In this document: positions 55,326 through 64,000 of the stretch, piece after piece
Layout: each line of letters starts with the position of its first letter
How positions within the stretch are numbered: the first letter of the stretch is position 1
Virus record (IMG/VR): IMGVR_UViG_3300036987_000083
Location: 1-64,000 of that record
Source of the DNA: a virus
Reading direction: 5' to 3' (one strand)
Length of the DNA: 64,000 nt
Made by a program: the position numbers and the translations under genes
Notes under the pieces: model-generated
What the model saw: the letters and a program-made list of their open reading frames with translations, nothing else
Database searches by the model: none
What the model was told of the DNA's origin: nothing

Positions 55326-55790
55326 TTACTCGACCGCAGTATCCAGCGCCTTGAGCTGCGCCTCCAGCGCCTCCGACTTGGTGGAGAGCGCGAGGAAGAC
55401 CTTGGCGACCTTCTCGGTGGCCTTCTTCGCCTTGGCGACCGCCTTCTCCAGCGCCGCCCGCGAAGCCGCCGCCTTCGCCGCCGCCTTCTCCGCCGCCTTC
55501 GCCGCCTTGATCTCGGCAGCGGTCAGCTTGGGCAGGCTGGCCTTCACGATCTCCTCCGCCGCGTAGAAGCTGGCGGGGCGACGCCCCCGCTTCCCCTCGA
55601 ACTTCGCCATGTGCGCCTTGGCCTCCTCCACCGTCATGGGCGCGGCCTCGGTCGTCGCCAGCTTCGCCTTGAGCGCCTCCAGCTCGGCCTTGAGCGCCTC
55701 GACCGTGGAGGTCGGGTTGACAGCGACCTCGGTGACGACCGGGGCAGTGTTGACGACGGGGGCAGTGTTCTCGTTGGTAACGGTGTCCAT
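55326..55790 (-). CDS. Ala/Lys-rich basic protein with a KRGRRP motif
   Basis: Extreme GC3 codon bias; own promoter (TTGACA about 55878); KAAKAAEKAAAK tract. Confidence 0.75.
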   Translation of the reverse strand: MDTVTNENTAPVVNTAPVVTEVAVNPTSTVEALKAELEALKAKLATTEAAPMTVEEAKAHMAKFEGKRGRRPASFYAAEEIVKASLPKLTAAEIKAAKAAEKAAAKAAASRAALEKAVAKAKKATEKVAKVFLALSTKSEALEAQLKALDTAVE

Positions 55791-55893
55791 TGTGTTCGCT
55801 TCCTTGGGGTTGTGCTGCGTTGAACTGCGTTGTGCTGCGCCTTTGATTCCTTACTTATAAACCAGTGGGCACCTGATTGTCAAGGGCAATCAG

Positions 55894-56247
55894 TTAGGGT
55901 TCGTAAATTGTCAGTAACTTGGTGATTTCCATACCGAAAGTGTCGCGGTAATACGCAGACAGCCGGTTGAAGTCTGCGCGCGACAGGACGATTCCGCTCT
56001 TGGTGATTCCGCTGATGCCAGAATGGAACCACGCCAGCGGTCGAACACCCGAGCCCTCGACGAGGGCCTGAGGGCGGCACTCCGGCTTCGCGTACCAGTC
56101 ATCACTTCCGTCCACGATGACGGCTTCGGGGTGAACTCTCCAGACCTCCTCGGGGCTAGGCCTGTTGCTGAAAAAGTTAGTGAAACCGGAGGTTCCGGTA
56201 TGCGCCCTGGCACCAATCCCAATGAACGTCCGGAGTTCGTCTCCCAT
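55894..56247 (-). CDS. Hypothetical protein
   Basis: Leaderless start behind a TTGACA promoter. Confidence 0.55.
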   Translation of the reverse strand: MGDELRTFIGIGARAHTGTSGFTNFFSNRPSPEEVWRVHPEAVIVDGSDDWYAKPECRPQALVEGSGVRPLAWFHSGISGITKSGIVLSRADFNRLSAYYRDTFGMEITKLLTIYEP

Positions 56248-56347
56248 TCCTTCATCTACAGCCAAATGCCTGCCGTTGTCAAGTACCGTGGGGCATTTGC
56301 GGTTGATGTCCGGGGAAAACTCCTCGCTTAGGCGACCATGTGGTCGC

Positions 56348-57097
56348 TTACGGGACGCGGGACCAATCGGGCAAGTAGATGGAGTGACTGACGGCGTAGT
56401 GCTGGACCGTCTTGCTGTGGATGTAGCACGGGTCGCCCTGGCCGGACGCGGTGAGCCAAGCGGTGACTTCGGGGGTGTGGTTCTCCACCATGATGGTGGG
56501 GCGGTAGTCCAAGAGGAACTGCCTGGCGCCCTGGAGGATGGGCAGTTCGTCCCCCTGGGTGTCCACCTTCAACCAAGCCTTCCCCCTGGCGGCAACCTGG
56601 TACTCGAAGGGTGGAAGTTTCATCTCCCTGGGCAGCCTGGAGACGTACTCGTCTAGGGTTTCACAGAAACGTCCTGGCCCTGGCAGCTTCGAGGGCGTGT
56701 GGTGGCACTCCGGGGTGTTCAACCAGCCGGTTTCCCTATGCAGCCCGGTGAGGTTCAGGGTGGCGCGGCGCTCCCAACCGTTCACCTCCACGGTTTTGGC
56801 CATCGTCGAGACACACGTGGCGTCCAGGTCCCAGCAGTGGATATGGGCGGCACCGATGGCCAGGGCGGAGAAGGCGTAGGCTCCATAGCCACAGCCGACA
56901 TCCAGTACCAGGTCCCCAGGCTGCACTTGGAAGAGTTGCTCCCGGAGTTGCCGCTCTTGGCTGTAGGCGAAGTGGGAGGCGTGATGCCTCGTGCTCACCA
57001 TGGCGGGGAAGGGCGTCCCACGGAAAGAGAAAACTCTGCGAATCAACCTGGGCATCCTGGTGATTAGAGCACGCCGGACAGGAAGTGGAAATGACAA
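56348..57097 (-). CDS. FkbM-family SAM-dependent methyltransferase
   Basis: VLDVGCGYGAYA; LKVDTQGDE..IL.GA..FL...P.I.VE; start uncertain. Confidence 0.75.
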   Translation of the reverse strand: MSFPLPVRRALITRMPRLIRRVFSFRGTPFPAMVSTRHHASHFAYSQERQLREQLFQVQPGDLVLDVGCGYGAYAFSALAIGAAHIHCWDLDATCVSTMAKTVEVNGWERRATLNLTGLHRETGWLNTPECHHTPSKLPGPGRFCETLDEYVSRLPREMKLPPFEYQVAARGKAWLKVDTQGDELPILQGARQFLLDYRPTIMVENHTPEVTAWLTASGQGDPCYIHSKTVQHYAVSHSIYLPDWSRVP

Positions 57098-57146
57098 AGC
57101 CTCCTCAGCCGCGCGGGCCGAGGAGGCTTGAAACTGCGTCGTCGCT

Positions 57147-57631
57147 TTAGCCCAGCTTGATGATGGGCAGCTCGACCTGCTTCTTCTCGAAGGCGGCAGT
57201 GGGGAAGATGGCGATGAATCGAGATTCGCTCCGCTTCACCACCATCGGCTTGAGCCCGGTGAGCTTGCGGAAGGTGGCCAGTCGGGTGCTGCCCGTCATG
57301 GAGAGTTCCGTCTTGAGGACGATACGCTTCGCGTCCTCCTTACCGGACTTCTTGTGGATGAAGGGAACGGCGCGAAGACCGAGACTGGCGGCGAGTTCGG
57401 ATGCGGTGACTTTCATAACTACTCCTTGGGGTGGGACTACGGGAGGTCGATGCAGGTGCCGGTTTCGTCCAGCGTCACCACGATGCTTTGCGCGTCCACG
57501 TTGAGAGCCGTAGCCGCGCAGCGTGCCACCATCTCCAAGAGCGCCCGCTTATACTCGGGATGGGCCGGACCGCCATCCAGCAGGGACTCAGCGACCGAGA
57601 GCATCGTGGAGCCTTTGATGGTGAAGTTCAT
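57147..57631 (-). CDS. Two hypothetical genes (57147-57416, 57437-57631)
   Basis: Strong codon bias; AAGGAG RBS and a leaderless start. Confidence 0.6.
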
Positions 57632-57675
57632 GGGTCCCCTATACCATGTCCGGGCTGTCGTTGTCAAGAGCGCCG

Positions 57676-57999
57676 TTACCACTCGAACACAGGGAATTGG
57701 TTCAGCAGCTCTCCGTCGTTGTCAAAGAGGACGTAGCTACACCCCAGCCCCCGCGCGGCCTTGAGGATATCGCTCAGCGCATTCAGGGCCTCGCCAGCGT
57801 TGATGCCCTCATACGCCTGCTGCAAGAACATCGGCTCGTGGTCCCCGCCAGTCCACAACAGCCAACCGTGCTCGCCCTTCATCGCGGCGTGCTGGTCCAT
57901 GAAGGAGGGGCTGGTTCCATGAGCGGTGACGAGGACTTCCCCGAGGTGGCCGGTGGAGAGTGTGAGGATAGGCTCGATGCTGCTATTGGTTTCGCTCAT
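57676..57999 (-). CDS. DUF5983-like protein
   Basis: LSTGHL...GWL...AR..GC.Y..FD.DG.....FP.F.W. Confidence 0.55.
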   Translation of the reverse strand: MSETNSSIEPILTLSTGHLGEVLVTAHGTSPSFMDQHAAMKGEHGWLLWTGGDHEPMFLQQAYEGINAGEALNALSDILKAARGLGCSYVLFDNDGELLNQFPVFEW

Positions 58000-58031
58000 G
58001 TCGGGACCATAGCACGCACAGGTTGCCTTTG

Positions 58032-58313
58032 TCAAATACCCAGCAGCGTGCCGCTGACTTCATCAATGCTGAGGCCGCTTTCGTCCTCCCACTCGCACCA
58101 CACGCCGTCTTCGCACACTTCGAGGCCCCCGGCGTTGCAGAAGTCGGGCTTGATGCGGTTCTCGAATTGGAAGATGTCGTAGCTTGCGAGTACCTTCAAC
58201 AGGAGCGCACCCTCGCGCGGGCTTTTCACTGGAACGTGAAATGCCTTCCCGGGAACCTGGGGGATGTGCCAGACGCGGAGAATCTTCTCTTTCGCCTCGG
58301 TCTTCTTGGGCAT
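58032..58313 (-). CDS. P22 gp17-like (superinfection-exclusion escape) protein
   Basis: LRVWHIPQVP.K.F.V.V.S..EG.....L..YD.FQ..N.IKPD.CNA.GL matches the P22 gp17 pattern (from memory). Confidence 0.8.
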   Translation of the reverse strand: MPKKTEAKEKILRVWHIPQVPGKAFHVPVKSPREGALLLKVLASYDIFQFENRIKPDFCNAGGLEVCEDGVWCEWEDESGLSIDEVSGTLLGI

Positions 58314-58442
58314 GGCGTCCATATACCGCACAACGACTGCTATTGTCAAGAACCGCCCAGTGGAATTCCGGGGAGGGAGTTTTCTTACCTGGACGAAAAC
58401 TTGGGCGGCCAAGAGCGTCACCGCTCCGGTCGCCCCTTTACG

Positions 58443-58790
58443 TTACTCTTGTGCTTTTTGGCGAAGTCGATCTTCTTCGAGGTACTTTTCCCAGGCAGCG
58501 GACGCTCGTTCGAGCACCTCGTCAATCTCATCGAAGGAGAGATCCATCGAAGCGCTGAGGTCCGCGTACTGCTCGGAGGTGAGTTGGCACCCTCGAATCT
58601 CCGAGAGGAGGCGCATGAACTGAATGGGGTCATTGTTCCACTTGTCGTTGCTCACAGTTCGCTCCTAAGGCGGTAGGTGTGTCCCTCAGTTGTCGTCTTC
58701 TTCGTCTTGGGGTTCGGACGCGAATACCGCCATCATCAGGGTGAAGACTAGTACCAGCCCGATGGTGGCACCCATCCACAGGTACGCGGG
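58443..58790 (-). CDS. Small hypothetical genes (58443-58655, about 58686-58797)
   Basis: RBS-preceded ORFs. Confidence 0.45.
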
Positions 58791-58798
58791 GTCCATGA

Positions 58799-59119
58799 CT
58801 ACCCGTTGAGGACTTCCGCCATCTTGGTGGGCTTCCAGTAGATGTCGCGCTCCAGGGGAAGGTGGAAGCGGTTCTTGACCGCCTCCAACTCTTGGAGGCT
58901 GAAGTTGCCCATCTCGTCGCAGTCTGGGCCGAGAGGAGAGACGACGTAGCCGAAGAAGATGACATCCCCCTCCTGCTCCTCTCCCTCGAAGACGTACCAC
59001 GTCCCTCGCCCGCAGGGATCGAAGATTTTGACGACGGCCACCTTCTCGTCGAGAGGCACATTCTCGGCGCTGTAGAGCTTGGGGAGAGCGGCGAGGAGTG
59101 CTTTGGTGAGGAGCTTCAC
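58799..59119 (-). CDS. DUF2958-family protein
   Basis: KIFDP.G..TWY..E......FFG.V.....E.G.FSL.ELE......LPLERD.YW. Confidence 0.75.
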   Translation of the reverse strand: MKLLTKALLAALPKLYSAENVPLDEKVAVVKIFDPCGRGTWYVFEGEEQEGDVIFFGYVVSPLGPDCDEMGNFSLQELEAVKNRFHLPLERDIYWKPTKMAEVLNG

Positions 59120-59139
59120 AGAGAAACCTCCGTTCGGGT

Positions 59140-60274
59140 TTACAGCTTCTCGGCTTCCGCGAGATTCAGAATGGCTTGCGCTGCGTCGATGAACTCTTGC
59201 ATGGAGGACTGCACCAGCCCGTCGCAAGACTCCGCATCCACGAGAATGTCCCGCGTGAACTCGGCCAGCAGCCGGTACTCTGACTGGCCTGAAGCCTCGT
59301 AGTAGCCGAGGAGCACGTCGAGCTTCTCGCTGGGCTTAATGGACACGGGTACTCTCCTTGTGTGTGGTGTTATACTACCGGCAGGTTGCCATTGTCAAGC
59401 ATCTGAACTGCATTTGTATGGTGTCACCTCGGCGCGCCGCGTGGCGTTGGCCGTCGCCGCGTCGTCCGCGCTGAGGTAGCCAGCGGCTCGCGCCACCTCC
59501 TCGGCGAAGCGGCGCGCCTCTCCGGCCAGCGCGTAGGCCTCCTCGCGCAAACCCGGGCGCCAGCATGCCGTCCTGAGCATCGACGTCAGCACGCACAGGC
59601 GCCGAACGCGCTCGACGGGCGAGGCGGTAGCGGAGTCCCGACGCGCGAGTTCGATGTCCCGCGCGAACTCCGCGAGAGTAGTGGGCGGATTCGTGGTGCC
59701 GGTCATCGTGGTCATGGTGTGGCTCCTGTGTGCTGTGTGTGAAGGTGGCCCGCGATGCGCTTGCGCCTGTTGTCAAGGAGCCCAAGCGTCTTCGAGCATC
59801 TTGGCCGCCACTTCGGCTCGGTTGATGGCTGAAGTAGAGCGCAGCAGCTTGATGACTTTCATGACGACTTCCGTCTGGCGCACGCCCTGCTCGTAATTCG
59901 CCTTGAGGATCTTCTGGTTGGCGTTGTAGAGCTTCTCGAACGTTTCTTCTCGGTGGTTACTCATGGGGTGCATATACGACAAAAGGACTGTCGGTGTCAA
60001 GCTATTCAGGCTGATTGGCCGGTCGTTCGATTTCCCGGTAAATGGTGCCCCGGAAGGACTCCATGAGTTCGACCAACGCAGGAGAGCCGCCGGGTGCCAC
60101 AGGGAGCCCGAGCGCCTGCTGCGCCTGCTTCAGTGCCTTCGGATCCATCACCGCGAGGTAAGCGCGGACGTGGGGCGTCAGCACCAGCACTTTGAGCGCC
60201 GCTGTCAGGGTGTCTACCTCGTCTTGCTGGGCACAGGGGCAACAGATTTGGTGCTGCTTCTGGGTCAGTTTCAT
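59140..60274 (-). CDS. Hypothetical genes (59140-59346, 59395-59715, 59773-59964, 60002-60274)
   Basis: Each has its own TTGACA promoter or RBS. Confidence 0.6.
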
Positions 60275-60411
60275 GCGTAGAATATACCACCACCGTCTGC
60301 CAGTGTCAAGTGGGTTGGGGCTATTTGAGCCAGCGACCATGTGGTCGGTCCAGGCGCCAGGGGTGGAACGCGGGGAGGGAGTTTTCTCTTTGGTGGTCTT
60401 GGCCTCAAAGC

Positions 60412-60443
60412 AAAAAGCCGGGCCCCTCCTGGAGCCCGGCTTT
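60412..60443 (-). terminator. Intrinsic terminator
   Basis: GCCGGGC / GCCCGGC stem followed by TTTTT. Confidence 0.75.
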
Positions 60444-60476
60444 CATTTCCACTGGAGGAGAGGATGTGCGCCGTGT

Positions 60477-62367
60477 TTACTTGGGGCAGTCGTCACAGGC
60501 ACCTGCGCTCCATGGATGATCACAGCGACGGCTCCATGTCATAAAGTACCTGATTTCGAGTGTGGGGAGCCCGAATTTCTTGGCAAGGTGTTCGTCTACC
60601 TCTGCGTTTTCGGGGACCAGGTAGCCCCCCATATGGGGCTTTTGATGCTTGCGGACGTAGCGGTCTTTTTCGGCGCGAATCTTAGCGCCGAGGATTTGGC
60701 GTTCAGTAGGCATTAGCGCGTCTTCTTGGGGCTCTTGCGCTTGCTGGCCTCGCGCAGCATATCGACCCCGATGTGCTCGGACACGATGTAGATGTTCGAG
60801 TGCTTGGGGATGGCGGTGAAGTAGATGCTGGAGTCGGTGGCAACCATCTGGTTGCACTCGACGTTCTCTCCCTCCCAAGTCTTCGTGCTGCTCGCCTTCA
60901 CCTCGACCGTGAGGTACTTACCCACCGCGTCGGTGTCCCGGCGACCTACCTGCTCGTAGCGGAGGTACACCGCGTTGTCGTCGAAGTAGTAGGTTTCGAT
61001 GACGCGAGGCTCCTTCTCCTTGAGCCGCCGAAGCTCGGCGATGCGACGGAGCGCCCGCCGGGCGACTGCCGGAGTCAGCTCGACGTACACATACGAAATG
61101 TCTGCGTTGTAGTCGTTGTTGGTGCTGCTTCCGAGCATGAGAATGTGCATGGGGTGCCTTTCGACTGCGGGTGTTCCTAGTTATACAACGAAAGGTCTGC
61201 CGTTGTCAAGGAATACTCAGCGGAGGTCTACGCGAACACGGAGAACCTTGCCTCGACCGGCGGCTTCGTCGGCTTTGAAGCCGTCCGGGCTGCACATCTC
61301 CACCAGCACGCGCGCGTGGAACACCAGCGAGAAGTTCTGTTGCTCTTCATCCCACCACGCGAAGTAGCTCCCGCCAGGGTCTTCTGTAACCCGCACTGCG
61401 ACGACTGCGAAGTCGTTGTGATCATGATAGCTGAAGATGTGCTCCACGATGCGGGCTGCCGGGTAAAAGTACCTGAAGCCTTCGGCTATTTCTGCTGCAA
61501 AGAGGTCGGAGGTGCGCTTGACGTGACTCGGGGCTTTCCCGTGTTGGGGGCGACGCCCCCAGTACCCATCCTCCCAGTTGTCGTCGTTGCTACGGCTCAT
61601 GCCCGGTTTATACCACGAGCTACCTGCTGTTGTCAACCCCACCGTACAGGGTGCGGTAACGAGCCAGCGTGTTGGCGCAGATGTAATTGATTGCGCCGGA
61701 GGGTGACGTGTAGGGGACGAGCTTGGCTCCGCATTCGCAGGTGGAATTCATGTCCGCCTTATATTTCAGTGGCGTGCCGTTGTCAAGGAGTGGAGTATGG
61801 CGATGTGGGAGTTTTCCATGTCAGGCCTGGGGGAGGCGGACAGTAAGAAGCCCCCCGGCGCTGAAGGGCGTCGGGAGGCTTATTGAATTTCGGGGGAGCG
61901 AGTTGTTACGGTGGCGATGAACCGTTCCGCTATTTTATTCCCTCGTTCCTTGTATCCACGGCTTAGTCTTCGTCCTCGTTGTCCTCCTCGTCCTCGTTGT
62001 CCTCCTCGTCGGAGGTCAGCTTGGCCAGTGCGGCGGCCTTCTTCGCGGCGAGGTCGGCCTGCACCTTGGTGGCGATGGCCGGGTTGTTGTGGAGGAAGAG
62101 ATCCCACGCTGTCCGAGTGCCTGCGATGGTCTTCCCACCCAGCTTGTGGCGTGGAAGCCCGTCCCCCAGCATCACCTGGGAGGCGCAGCCTACGAGGGCC
62201 GCGTAGATGGCGTTGGACTTCTCGAAGTAGGCCGCTGGGTTCTCAGCCCGGAGCTGGTCCGTACACTCGGCCTGCGCGAACATCTTGAGCAACAGCGACT
62301 GCACATCGGGGTTGATGAGCTTTGCGATTTCCAGCGCCTTGTTCACCTTGTTTGGATTGTCGGTCAT
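60477..62367 (-). CDS. Hypothetical genes (60477-about 60713, 60713-61150, 61217-61600, 61963-62367 with acidic tail)
   Basis: Promoters at about 61204, about 61631, about 62429. Confidence 0.6.
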
Positions 62368-62494
62368 CGGGGCGTCTCCTTGTTCGGCGGGTGGACTGCC
62401 CACCGCTTATACACCATTGCGCTTCAGATTGTCAAGGGGTTCAAATGGAACTTAGTTCTTGACAGCGGCAGGCATTTGGCTGTATAAGTGACCC

Positions 62495-63852
62495 ATGACT
62501 ACCAAGACTCCGAAGACCAAGGGCCACTGCAACGTGCGTACCTGCCGGGCGGTCCTTCCGTGTTGGGAGCACTGTCAGGACTCCTTCGATGGCCTGCACG
62601 AGCCCGACATGGCCTCCGCTTTTGTGGGGGATGGTGCGGACGTGGGGGTGGTGGACTTCAATTGTAGGCACTGCGGGCAGTCGGGCTCTCTCAAGGTGCG
62701 GCCGGAAGACGTGGTGTTCTCGTGAGTGCCGAGAGTGGGCTGGACGCGGCGGTGGCTAAGCTGAAGGTGGAGCTACGGGAGATGGAGCAGCAGCTTGCTA
62801 CTGCCCGAGCTGGGCAGTTAGAGGCGTTACGGGCCGTTAGTGCCCTCTATAACCTTCGCTACGACTTGAAGAAGCCTGTGGAGCATGAGCCCACGCGAGA
62901 GGCGCTTCGGCTCGCGGAACTCGCGTTGTACGGTAAGTAAGCCCTTGTCTTGTGTCGTAGGAGGAAACGTGAAGACGAAGACCTGCCCCCACATGGCGCC
63001 GCGTGATGTCGTTGGTGACGAGCAAGACTGGTGTGTTCCCTGCCTTCGTGCAGAGGTGACACAACTGCGCGAGGCGCTTGTGGATGTGGAGAGGATTGCG
63101 TCGGTGTGGCGCAACGAGCGCGATGGGGCTCGTGCAGCATTTAGCGCCGTCAGTGACGCGGTGATTTACGCTGCCGGGGATGCCTTCGCGGTTGAGGTTG
63201 ATGGAGGTATGGACGCTGCCGCCGAGAATCTCGTTCGCTGTATCTCGCGGCTCGTGAAGGAGCGCGACGAGGCGCAGCGAGAGGTCCACCTCCTCCAGTC
63301 GGAGGCGGGCAACGCGCGGGCCGAGCGCGACGAGGCGCGAGCGGCGGTCACTCACTTGGAGAAAATCATCGACCTATTGGAGCGTAAGGTTGACGGTCCG
63401 GCAGGACTTCGGGCTCGCGCCGAGAAGGCCGAGGCGACGCTGCGCGACATCGCCGAGAGGCAGCGTGAGGAAGATGCGCTGGCGGCCGAGCGCAGCGCGG
63501 CGGTAGCCGGGCAGCCGCGAGCTGCGTGGGGCCGTGTCATTCGCGCCACGCCCCTCGTGACGGACGGAGGTGAGTCGTGAGTGTCTACAACCCCGGGGAG
63601 GGCATCCCCGAGCGGGAGATGTCCGAGATCCGAGCCGAACGCGACCGCCTCGCGGCGCGGGTGAAGGCGCTGGAGGAGGCGCTCCGCGACATCGCCGAGA
63701 GGCAGCGCGAGGCTTGCGCGCAAGCCATCCGACCTAAGCCAGGGGAGTCCCGGGCTGAGGTTTTGACGCGAATCGCTTTCAGTCAAGGTGTCGTCCGGGC
63801 CACAGCCCTCGTGACGGACTCGACCGAAAGGGAGGTAATGGACGAGGAGTGA
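62495..63852 (+). CDS. Operon (62495-62725, 62722-62940, about 62970-63580, 63577-63852); last two are coiled-coil AERQRE...RATPLVT paralogs
   Basis: Leaderless promoter TTGACA 62459-62464; GTGA overlaps. Confidence 0.65.
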
Positions 63853-63954
63853 CTGGCAACTGTGAGTCCGGAGGGCGCGACCACGTGGTCGCTGCTCTTT
63901 TTCTGTTGGCCAGGCTTGCAGGTGGAACTTGTGGGAGTTTTCCATTAGACGCCC

Positions 63955-63980
63955 AAAAAAAACCTGGGCCGAAGCCCAGG
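63955..63980 (-). terminator. Intrinsic terminator
   Basis: CCTGGGC-TTCG-GCCCAGG followed by T8. Confidence 0.85.
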
Positions 63981-64000
63981 GTTTCCTACGGCAGCCTGGT

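Overview
This looks like the accessory/early region of a large GC-rich bacteriophage (jumbo-phage-like; a megaplasmid is not excluded). It has well over 100 short, mostly minus-strand, tightly packed genes, and no capsid, terminase, polymerase or bacterial core genes. Recognisable cargo: (1) a compact type V CRISPR locus, with a 587-aa Cas12m/V-U1-like effector whose RuvC D-E-D triad looks intact, an AT-rich leader, 11 x 36-bp repeats and 10 spacers, and no cas1/cas2; (2) four tRNAs (Glu-TTC, Val-TAC, Lys-TTT and a rare Ile-TAT); (3) a Bd0055-type bacterial histone; (4) GroES, a C5 DNA methyltransferase, a 2H phosphoesterase (Acb1/LigT-like), RNA-repair-type HAD and receiver domains, a P22 gp17-like protein, a LAGLIDADG endonuclease, an FkbM methyltransferase and a tandem L7/L12-CTD-like protein. 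The non-coding DNA is highly stereotyped. It holds about 40 sigma70-type TTGACA promoters, about 24 of which abut an ATG (leaderless). It also holds about 24 copies of a 16-bp palindrome GCGACCAYRTGGTCGC, about 16 copies of an oriented GTGGAA-N8-GGGAGTTTTC box often exactly 10 bp from a -35, and intrinsic terminators. These elements combine into a recurring insulator/promoter module that splits the region into cassettes. Several expanded paralog families are present, including five translationally coupled Arg/Ser/Trp low-complexity genes. A Myxococcota-like host is a guess from the histone and GC content. All family names come from motif recognition by eye, not from database searches.
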